51,758 nt of DNA from Nitrospinota bacterium. Its GTDB lineage: Bacteria > Nitrospinota > Nitrospinia > CAJXCL01. Under the pieces are notes generated by a model. The model saw nothing but the letters and a program-made list of their open reading frames with translations. It was not told the DNA's origin and did no database searches. Position 1 is the stretch's first letter. The number at the start of each line of letters is the position of its first letter. The stretch is from NCBI GenBank assembly GCA_036011265.1, contig DASCNB010000011.1, positions 1 through 51,758 of the forward strand, given 5' to 3'. The translations under genes were made by a program, and so were the position numbers. Positions 38,153 through 46,329 of this stretch are shown one piece after another.

Positions 38153-40189
38153 TCAGCTGGTTTTTTTGGCTAATTGAGAAATGACATTTACAACTCTTTC
38201 AGCTGACGAAAGATCATCATCAGGCAAATTTCTTTTCAAAAAATTTCTCTGGATTTTTAATCTTTCTTCTTTGAAGCTTTTATCGTTACGTAATCTGTCT
38301 AAAGCTGGCGTTAGTTCAAGTGGAGATTTAATCTCAATTGCCACCTTTTCCGCACAAAGAGGTAAAAAAGATGGTTTACCGGGTTTATTATAAACGATCA
38401 CAGGTGTATCGTAATAAATAGCTTCAATACCAACGTTTGAATGTGTCACAACAACTACATCCGATGCAGTTAAAAGATCATGAAGATGATTTCTATAAAT
38501 CGAAATACTATTAATGCCATCCCTAGATTTAAAATTACTTACCAACCACTCAGTACTATCATCAAACATTTTAAGCTTAAAGACAGCCCTAGAATTATTC
38601 CTTTTAACAAATTGTTTGAGAAATAATTCATAGAAGTTTGATAATTCAAAGGTAGATATCGTACCATTTATTATAAATTTGTCATAAAATGGTCCAGCTA
38701 TGGCACGAAGTGCAAAAAGCACAATTTCTTCATTTGCTGAAAATCCCAGCCGTTTGCGAGCATTGTAATAAGATTTCTGAGTTTTTATTTTTAACTTTCC
38801 AAATCTTGGTATACCTGTTAATAATAATTTATCTTGACTAATACCGCGGCAAACTTGCATAAGTTCTTGATACCTAATACCAGAAATTTCATGAGTTGGA
38901 TAAAACGGGAAGTGTTTGATATTGCATGGAAGAGGCGATAAAATTTTACCCCCCACTTTAAATCCCGGCTCAACACTATGAGGAATATGCAATACCGAAA
39001 TTCCATTACGTTTTGCTATTTGTGTAAGAATAATGCGTTTGGCTCCCCATCTTTCACAAATCAAAACGATATTAATATTTTTTTTTTTAATAGTATATTC
39101 TGAAATTTGAAAAAATTTAATTAACTCAGGAATTCTTATTTCAATGATTTCTTTCAAGTATCCATCCATAAAATTTAAAAGTGGTATATCCAGAAACATC
39201 CACCTTGGGTGTTTCCTTTGGAAATTTATCTCTTTTTTAAATCTTAATTTCAAATCAGAAACAAATTCTGAAGTTTTATTATTTTCAAAAAACGAGCCAA
39301 TACCTTTTGTTGAAGCACGAATAATACGAAAATTAAAATAGCAATTATTTTCATCGTCAAAATAATAAAGAAGGCTTTTTTCTTTTCTCAAAAAACTTTC
39401 TATTAAATTATTCCCAAAATAAGTTATATCACTCGCTGATAATGTAAGAGCCCTGACCGAATCATTTTTATTTTTATCTATTAAAAATAATCTTTTTGCT
39501 TGATCTACTGTTCCGACCACAAGTTTTTTGATAAAACGGTTTAGGGCAACATGGCTATAATAGATTAATTTTCCTTCCCAAATATTTTGCTTTTCGAAAC
39601 GCCACTGTTTTAATATTTTCTCAAGCATAAGAAATGATCTGTGAGCTTTTGGTTCACTAATGTATACATCATAATTTTTATAGTTTTTCAGAAATTGAAA
39701 TATTTTTTTATGCAGCAATAAACTGCTTTCTTTATACTTGAGTTCAGGGAGTGAAGGATCATTCACTAAAAGAATTTTATTAGGATTTTCATGTTTCAAA
39801 ATATTAGATACATCAAGAATAGCCTTGTTGAGATAACTAATATAGTAAAAGACCTCCTTCTTTAGAGATGTCCCCAAGGAAATGCCATCAAACTTTGTAA
39901 AGTCATTACCTTCATGATCCTCAAACCACTTTCCGGCTAATTCCACAGCAGAGCACTCAGCTTCTTCATATTCTTTCTGATTTCGATAATTATCTATAGA
40001 CTTGCTTTCGATTCCATTTTTTTTTAAAGCTTTTAAAGTCAATCCGTCACCCGCGATACAAATTGTATCTTTATCAATACAAGATTTAAAAGTTTTCAGA
40101 AATATTTCAACTTCATCAAAATTATCGATAAATGCTAAAGTTTTAACCATTTTTTTGTTACGACTGCGTGTAAGCTTTTGAATATGCAA
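38153..40189 (-). CDS. large GT-B-like protein, possibly Capsule_synth (KpsC/KpsS)-related transferase
   Basis: 678 aa (TTG in the track; ATG alternative at 40150). C-terminal SDVVVVTHSNVGIEAIYYDTPVIVY resembles the ...NStvGlEAl..gkPV... block of capsule-synthesis transferases. The rest is unrecognised. Confidence 0.3.
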   Translation of the reverse strand: MHIQKLTRSRNKKMVKTLAFIDNFDEVEIFLKTFKSCIDKDTICIAGDGLTLKALKKNGIESKSIDNYRNQKEYEEAECSAVELAGKWFEDHEGNDFTKFDGISLGTSLKKEVFYYISYLNKAILDVSNILKHENPNKILLVNDPSLPELKYKESSLLLHKKIFQFLKNYKNYDVYISEPKAHRSFLMLEKILKQWRFEKQNIWEGKLIYYSHVALNRFIKKLVVGTVDQAKRLFLIDKNKNDSVRALTLSASDITYFGNNLIESFLRKEKSLLYYFDDENNCYFNFRIIRASTKGIGSFFENNKTSEFVSDLKLRFKKEINFQRKHPRWMFLDIPLLNFMDGYLKEIIEIRIPELIKFFQISEYTIKKKNINIVLICERWGAKRIILTQIAKRNGISVLHIPHSVEPGFKVGGKILSPLPCNIKHFPFYPTHEISGIRYQELMQVCRGISQDKLLLTGIPRFGKLKIKTQKSYYNARKRLGFSANEEIVLFALRAIAGPFYDKFIINGTISTFELSNFYELFLKQFVKRNNSRAVFKLKMFDDSTEWLVSNFKSRDGINSISIYRNHLHDLLTASDVVVVTHSNVGIEAIYYDTPVIVYNKPGKPSFLPLCAEKVAIEIKSPLELTPALDRLRNDKSFKEERLKIQRNFLKRNLPDDDLSSAERVVNVISQLAKKTS

Positions 40190-40290
40190 CTTTTATTCTC
40201 TGATTTCTTTATATAGATATACAATTTTATCAGGATTGCATGACTTTTCGTAAAGGATGTCTACTCCATAAAGTTGAGGAGTTTTTAGTT

Positions 40291-40675
40291 TTAATGCTTT
40301 CGGAGAAAATCATGCTCTTTTCCCTGTTGATCCCAGTGGTTAATGCGTAACATAGCAGATTGATCAGGCTCTTTTGTTTCACGCATTCTGGTTCCAATGA
40401 TTGCTGGAAGCGCTTTATTTTCCCATTGCTCCGGGGGAACAGACAATAGACGTTTTGAGATGCTGTGGTCCCATTTCTTTGAGATAATTCTAAAAATCTT
40501 TAGAGATATATTGGATTCCATTATCGGAGATGATTTCAGGTTTTACTCCTGGATATTTCTCTAATGCTCTCTCTATGGTAATCTCCATGTCATACTCTGT
40601 CATATTTGTTCTTAACTCATGGTGAAGCATATAACGGGAATAAGCATCTATATGCTCCTGCATTATCATAACTTT
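40291..40675 (-). mobile_element. decayed DDE (rve/integrase-core) transposase remnant
   Basis: My translation is IDAYSRYMLHHELRTNMTEYDMEITIERALEKYPGVKPEIISDNGIQYISKDF, followed by frameshifts and stops, with continuation pieces (KEMGPQHLKTSIV, SNGK-like) in other frames. The N-terminal half is missing and I saw no inverted repeats. Confidence 0.6.
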
Positions 40676-40698
40676 CTCCTACAAAACATTTGTTTGAT

Positions 40699-41277
40699 TT
40701 ATAATGGGACGTTTTTTTTTATATGTAAAAAATCGTTTTTCAAAAACCCTACAGTATGCTTAAATAATACGTTACAACACTCACTAATTGAGAGAGTCTC
40801 AGTATCCAAAATTAGTTCTGGTTTATCAGAAAGTTCATAAGGTTCTGTAACTCCAACAAAAGTGTTGAGTTCACCAGCAAACGCCTTTGCATAGAGTCCT
40901 TTAAAATCTCTTTTTTTACAAACTTCAATCGAACATTTTAAATAAACCTCAATGAATGGGGAGAGCGCTTTTCTGGCAATCTCTCTCATCAACCTTTTGT
41001 GAGATATAGTCGAAACGATAGCCACATTTCCCCTTTGATTACAGTCATTGGCAATTCGTATTACATTCTCAAGAACGGCAAATCGTTCTTCAACTGAACT
41101 CCCATAAATCCGATCAAGTTTTTTTCGCAAAACTTCACCATCCAGAAATTCGGCATTATGATAACCTTCCTGCATTAATTTGTCATAAAGCAATTGACCC
41201 AAAGTTGTTTTTCCGGAAGCCGTGACCCCTGTAATCCAAACAGTTCCTTCAACTAGTTTATTTTTCTTAAGTTGCAT
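40699..41277 (-). CDS. cysC: adenylyl-sulfate (APS) kinase
   Basis: 192 aa. P-loop WITGVTASGKTTLGQLL, FLDGEVLRK, VSTISHKRLMRE, FIEVYLKCSIEVCKKRDFKGLYAKAFAGEL..FVGVTEPYE. Collinear with CysC blocks. 25-nt overlap with the Fe-ADH gene. Confidence 0.8.
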   Translation of the reverse strand: MQLKKNKLVEGTVWITGVTASGKTTLGQLLYDKLMQEGYHNAEFLDGEVLRKKLDRIYGSSVEERFAVLENVIRIANDCNQRGNVAIVSTISHKRLMREIARKALSPFIEVYLKCSIEVCKKRDFKGLYAKAFAGELNTFVGVTEPYELSDKPELILDTETLSISECCNVLFKHTVGFLKNDFLHIKKNVPL

Positions 41278-42353
41278 AATACAATATCTTTATCAAATAA
41301 AAAATTTTTTGATCTTTCATTTTTTATTAAGTACTCGTTGATTTGTTTTAATTCATCTGTATCAAGGTAGTGGTCAATATTCATTGAGATATTTACTTCC
41401 CTATATAAATCCCTAAGCTTATTACCAGAAAGTTCACCGAAAATATTTATTATTGCAGAGTCAACATTTTCATCCATTCCGACAACCAGGTCTATTATAT
41501 TTGGTAAAAAAAAGCTAGAAGCTATGCCATGCGGTATTCCTTTGTTAGCCGTTAAATAGTAAGAAATAGCATGTGCTATAGCCGTTTGTGTATTAGAAAA
41601 TGCGAGTCCGGCATTAAGTGCCGCAAACATCATCCTTTCTCTATATTCAATATTACCTAAATCATTTATTAGTTTTGGCAAAATATGAACAATTTCTTTC
41701 GCAGCGACTATGGCATAATTGGTTGAAATAGGATTTGCATTTCTGTTCCATATTGATTCCAAACTATGAGAAAGTGCATCAAGTGCAGTTTGAACAGTTA
41801 GATCTCTTTGCAAAGACAATGTAAGTTCAGGATCACAAATGCTGACTTCTGACCACAAATCTTCTAAATGCAACGAATATTTTTTCTTTTCATCTGAATC
41901 CCAAACAGTTGCCCAACATGTCACTTCACTCCCTGTACCAGATGTCGTCGGAATAGCTATAAAAGGGATAAGACGGTATCCTTCTCTCTCATTTTTTTTC
42001 CTTATAATGGAATCAATAAAAGTAAAATTTTTATCTTTATTATAAACTGATATTACTTTGCTGGTATCAATAACACTTCCACCACCAAGAGCAATTATGA
42101 CATCAAATTTCTTTTGCCAGACAGATTCATAAATAGACTTCAGATTCTTGAAAGTTGGATTTGGATTAACACTATCAATAATTACTTCTATTTTATCGGT
42201 TAAAGACTGTATTTTCTGAATTAAACCTCTTCTCGAAAAACTCTTTGAAGTAATTAAGAGAGCTTTTCTATTCCCTACAAAGTCATCCAATTTATCTAAT
42301 TTGCCTGTACCGAATTCTATTCTTACTGGATTATAATATTTAAAGCATTTCAT
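41253..42353 (-). CDS. group III iron-containing alcohol dehydrogenase (candidate phosphonoacetaldehyde reductase, FomC/PhpC-like)
   Basis: 366 aa. ALGGGSVIDTSK, PTTSGTGSEVT, and metal-site histidines in ALSHSLES and AHAISY..PHG. The function is proposed from context. Confidence 0.7.
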   Translation of the reverse strand: MKCFKYYNPVRIEFGTGKLDKLDDFVGNRKALLITSKSFSRRGLIQKIQSLTDKIEVIIDSVNPNPTFKNLKSIYESVWQKKFDVIIALGGGSVIDTSKVISVYNKDKNFTFIDSIIRKKNEREGYRLIPFIAIPTTSGTGSEVTCWATVWDSDEKKKYSLHLEDLWSEVSICDPELTLSLQRDLTVQTALDALSHSLESIWNRNANPISTNYAIVAAKEIVHILPKLINDLGNIEYRERMMFAALNAGLAFSNTQTAIAHAISYYLTANKGIPHGIASSFFLPNIIDLVVGMDENVDSAIINIFGELSGNKLRDLYREVNISMNIDHYLDTDELKQINEYLIKNERSKNFLFDKDIVLCNLRKIN

Positions 42354-43120
42354 TTGAACATTTCTTTTGCTTTTTCAAGGTCTTCCATAAAATCTACTTC
42401 AATCCATGGAAAGTTATTTGTAGAACTGCAATATATTTTATTTCCTTCTTCTGCCATTTTGGTAAACGCGAAAGAATCATAATTAGTTAAACCATCTTCA
42501 AATAAAACTTTTTCTACATATTTAAATAGATATTCAGGCTGCTTCACATATGCAATACCTGTCCACTCACCCCCAGCCTTGTCGAGAGAAATTTTTTTAT
42601 CTGATTTAATTAGATAGTTTTCTTCAGTAACTATAACCTTCATCGCTTCTTTATCTGTACTGCCAAAATCTACAACTAACTCTATATTATTATTGTTATC
42701 TTTAAACTGTTGAAGTGTTGAGGATATTATATTTTCATGATAGATAATGTCGCTATGTAAGTACACGAAAGGGCTATTACCAGCAAAAGATTTTGCTAAC
42801 CAAAAAGAGGCGAGGTTGTTTGAAATTTTATAAAACGGGTTGGTTATATAAAATATGTCTTCCTCAAACGACTCAATGATCATATCTTTTTTATAACCAA
42901 CAACGATAGCTATGTCATTAATACCATTTTTTCTCAAAATATCAATGGATCTTTTTAATATTTCTTTACCAGAGACTTTCAGCAAAGCTTTCGGTTTTTC
43001 TGAGGTAATTGGATAAAGTCTGCTGGATATCCCGGCAGCAACGATGATAGCTTTGTCAATCAAATTTTTTTCCGAGAAAAAAGGTGATAAGTATTGGTCG
43101 GTTGAGATTAAGCTCGGCAA
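42350..43120 (-). CDS. stand-alone nucleotidyltransferase (LicC/PntC-like cytidylyltransferase candidate)
   Basis: 256 aa with a TTG start in the track. AIIVAAGISSRLYPITSEKPKALLKV signature. 4-nt overlap with the Fe-ADH gene. Confidence 0.7.
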   Translation of the reverse strand: MPSLISTDQYLSPFFSEKNLIDKAIIVAAGISSRLYPITSEKPKALLKVSGKEILKRSIDILRKNGINDIAIVVGYKKDMIIESFEEDIFYITNPFYKISNNLASFWLAKSFAGNSPFVYLHSDIIYHENIISSTLQQFKDNNNNIELVVDFGSTDKEAMKVIVTEENYLIKSDKKISLDKAGGEWTGIAYVKQPEYLFKYVEKVLFEDGLTNYDSFAFTKMAEEGNKIYCSSTNNFPWIEVDFMEDLEKAKEMFK

Positions 43121-43208
43121 GATAGCATTTAAATATTTGCGTTTTTACGTTATACTACTTTTAAACTTTTCCCCGGCCTTTTATATTTGGTTATGAATAT
43201 TTAGATGA

Positions 43209-44738
43209 TCACGTCTGTTTCTGAAGAAACTTAGCGTCAATGTTATCACCATAGTGATTTTTAAACTTTTCGAAATCTCGATGTTTAAGAAGTTCATTCA
43301 GATAGAGAGTTTTTTCATCTACCCAATGCTCAAATTCATGAGGGTTATTAAATCCAGCAACTTTTATTAGCGAATTCCGATATAAAATATCCCTCTTTCC
43401 CCGCGCATCATCCCACCAAAGGTTTTCTTTCAAAACCTGATGGTAAATTGGCGTTCCAGGAAGTGGAGATAGAATGGCAAGGGAATAACTATCAGCACCA
43501 ACTTGTGCCGCAAAGTCAATCGTTTTTTCCATTTCTTCTCGTGTCTCCCCCGGATATCCAACAATCCAGAAAGTATGGACAGATAATCCTGCTTTTTGGG
43601 CATTTTCCACTGATGGTTGAATTTCCTCTAATTTGAGTTTTTTGTGAATAATATCATCCAGTACTCTCTGTACTCCACTTTCGCAACCGAATGTAATCTG
43701 GTAACAACCAGCATCTGCCATCCTTTTGTATAATTCATATTGTCTGTCTCCTTTTTGGTGATAATTTACCTTTACACCGTTTGGTGTGCACCAGGTAATC
43801 CCAAGATGTTCAATGAGGTTACAAAGTTCAAAAAGATTTTTTCTGTTGGCAGTGAGCGTATCATCTTCGAATTGCACTTCATCAATATCATATTTTTTAA
43901 TTCCTTCTTTAATCTCATCATAGATGTTTTGTGGATCTCTCCATCTTACCTTTTGCCCCCACATTAAAGGAGTTGTGCAAAAACTGCATATTTCAGGGCA
44001 CCCCCTTGATGCCATAACATTAAGCACCCGTCTTGATTTGGATTTACTTGAATGAAACAATCCAATCTTGAAATACCCTTCCAAATTCATGAGATCTCTT
44101 GAAGGAAAAGGAAGTTTGTTGATATCTTCTAAAGGGGAGGGTGCTGGATTAATATAGATTAGATTATTTTTAAAGTAAATTAATCCAGGAATATCTTTGG
44201 GATCTTGCTCATTAATAAGTCTTTTTACAAGCTCAGCAAATTGATACTCAACCTCTCCTCTCATAGCAAAATCAATGTTCCTATCCTGCAGATCAACCAT
44301 TTCTCCTGGAACTCTCACATCAGGATGTTTACAGGCAAATTGATAATCTCTCACTGCATTGCTGATATGATTTCCTCCAAGAATTACTTTAACTTTGGGA
44401 TTTACAGTTTTTGCAATCTTTGCAATGGTATAAGCATGATCCATCATGTTAGAGAAGAGAACTGAAACACCAATAATGTCTGGATTTAAGCTGGCAATAT
44501 AAGATGCTATATTTTCATTAGATTCACCAATAAGTACTATTTTATCATCAAGATTTTTCTCATTGCGATATCCCTCTAAAGCACAATCTCTTATGTAAAC
44601 TGCATGACCAGATTTTCTGAGTACCGATCCTAAATATCCAACACCTAACCCTGGTTGAATACGGTTAATACCGCTTTTCATCCCTTTTATGTTGGGTATC
44701 ATTAAAAGAACTCGTGCTTGCTTTGCCATGTTTGGCAC
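43209..44738 (-). CDS. B12-binding-domain radical SAM enzyme (class B) #4, Fom3-like by context
   Basis: 509 aa. VLLMIPN...LGVGYLGSVLRKSGH...DIIGVSVLFS B12-like domain, then ASRGCPEICSFCTT and FGCESG. Located between the Ppd and NTase/ADH genes. Confidence 0.75.
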   Translation of the reverse strand: MPNMAKQARVLLMIPNIKGMKSGINRIQPGLGVGYLGSVLRKSGHAVYIRDCALEGYRNEKNLDDKIVLIGESNENIASYIASLNPDIIGVSVLFSNMMDHAYTIAKIAKTVNPKVKVILGGNHISNAVRDYQFACKHPDVRVPGEMVDLQDRNIDFAMRGEVEYQFAELVKRLINEQDPKDIPGLIYFKNNLIYINPAPSPLEDINKLPFPSRDLMNLEGYFKIGLFHSSKSKSRRVLNVMASRGCPEICSFCTTPLMWGQKVRWRDPQNIYDEIKEGIKKYDIDEVQFEDDTLTANRKNLFELCNLIEHLGITWCTPNGVKVNYHQKGDRQYELYKRMADAGCYQITFGCESGVQRVLDDIIHKKLKLEEIQPSVENAQKAGLSVHTFWIVGYPGETREEMEKTIDFAAQVGADSYSLAILSPLPGTPIYHQVLKENLWWDDARGKRDILYRNSLIKVAGFNNPHEFEHWVDEKTLYLNELLKHRDFEKFKNHYGDNIDAKFLQKQT

Positions 44739-45016
44739 CTATTTATGCATTATTTCCACAAAATTTTAAAAAAATATTGCTATAAAAATTGAAATTGAAC
44801 ACGTTGCTTCTTCTTTGGGAATAGAAGGCTTCATTCCGCAAAAATCATTTTTTATCACATGCCCTTAAAGAAACGCGATGATACTCTTATACAGTGAAAA
44901 AATCGACCTGTGCCTTACCTTTTCTTACAAACTATTTCAAATTGCCTTCTCTGACAATGTAATACGTTGTTTGACGTACTTTCCCTTTAATATTCTCATC
45001 GAATAAATATAAAATT

Positions 45017-46132
45017 TTAATTTCGAAGTTTGTCTATAAATATCCTCTTATTTTCTTCAGGTGTTATTGTTGGCCTTATAAGGTTTTCCCTTGATCCTTT
45101 TTTTATCTTAATAACTATTATTGTTGGGCATTTTTTAATTTTTTTCAGAGTTGTTAAAATATCTGCTACCGTTAAACAAGTTATAGATTCACTATACCCA
45201 CAACCTAACGCTATGGAAGCTATATCTATTTTATCAGAGACAGTGGGCTGTCCTCCTGTTGATTCATACGCGTTATTGTCAAAAACTATATGTATCAAGT
45301 TATTAGGAGCATAAAAACCTATTGTAGCTAAAGTTCCCATGTGCATAATAACACTTCCATCACCATCAAATACATAAATCTTCTTTTCGGGTTTTTGTTT
45401 AGCGATTTCTAATGCTATTGAAGAACAGTGTCCCATGGAACCAACCGTGTAGAAATCATTGCTATGTCCGGTACCACATTCCTCTCTGTATTCAAAAAGC
45501 TCTCTGGAAGTCTTTCCAGTAGTAGCAACAATAATCTCGTTACCGTTAAAAGAATCAATAATAGCCCTTATTGCCTGATCTTTCGTTAATGGTAAGTCGC
45601 TTTTTACCCTTATTCCTGAGTCATACTCTTCCAACAATTCATTCCTAACTATTAATGCAACAGGCATACTTTCACACACTGCCTTGTTCTTGACCTTTTC
45701 TATCTGGTACTTTATCTTATCTTCTTCGAGAATCTCATAGTAAATTTCCAGCTTTTTAAGTAAAGGGAGCATAATTCTACCCATTTTCTTATGTTGTGGC
45801 TCATCCTTTTTCCCTGGTTCTCCTCTCCAACCTGTCATAAGTATCATTGGAATACTAAAAACTTCAGGATCTGCAAGAGAGGTTAATGGATTAATGCAAT
45901 TGCCAATTCCGGAATTTTGCAAGTAAACAACACCAATTTTATTAGTAGCAAGATAATATCCTGCCGCATGAGCTACTGCTGCACCTTCATTTGAGGCTAT
46001 CCTATTAGTCAGCATATCGCTGTTTGCGGCAAGATAACTCATCCATTGCTTAAAAGTGCTATCCGGAACACCGCTAAAATAGACTAAATCATTTTTTTTA
46101 AAAATTTCAAACAGGTTTTCACATGCTATCAT
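45017..46132 (-). CDS. ppd: phosphonopyruvate decarboxylase (ThDP-dependent)
   Basis: 371 aa, a typical Ppd length. N-terminal FSGVPDSTFKQW. ThDP motif FDGDGSVIMHMGTLATIG...FDNNAYESTGGQ. Immediately downstream of PEP mutase. Confidence 0.8.
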   Translation of the reverse strand: MIACENLFEIFKKNDLVYFSGVPDSTFKQWMSYLAANSDMLTNRIASNEGAAVAHAAGYYLATNKIGVVYLQNSGIGNCINPLTSLADPEVFSIPMILMTGWRGEPGKKDEPQHKKMGRIMLPLLKKLEIYYEILEEDKIKYQIEKVKNKAVCESMPVALIVRNELLEEYDSGIRVKSDLPLTKDQAIRAIIDSFNGNEIIVATTGKTSRELFEYREECGTGHSNDFYTVGSMGHCSSIALEIAKQKPEKKIYVFDGDGSVIMHMGTLATIGFYAPNNLIHIVFDNNAYESTGGQPTVSDKIDIASIALGCGYSESITCLTVADILTTLKKIKKCPTIIVIKIKKGSRENLIRPTITPEENKRIFIDKLRN

Positions 46133-46329
46133 TGTATGCTACCCTTTGACAGTGTTTAGCGGATTTCCCGTGGCTTGCTACTGAGTTTCAGCGTGAGTTC
46201 AGCCCAACGCTTGATAAGCAAATTCAAAAAGAAATTGTACTCTACTCTGAAGCTCTCCAACAGCTTACCTCTCGGAGTTTCAATATTCTTTTCTGTAGAA
46301 AAGCTACTAATGCTCGTAATATAAAAAAA

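Noticed and set aside
10770-39088. Poly-A/T runs of 9-11 nt inside coding regions (e.g. 10770-10780 in the DegT gene, about 14621-14631, 14891-14900, 39078-39088) as phase-variation switches
   Set aside because: All encode Lys-rich (KKK) linkers in an AT-rich genome where such runs are expected. No frameshifted gene is associated with them in this window. Only the T9G8 tract seemed distinctive enough to report.
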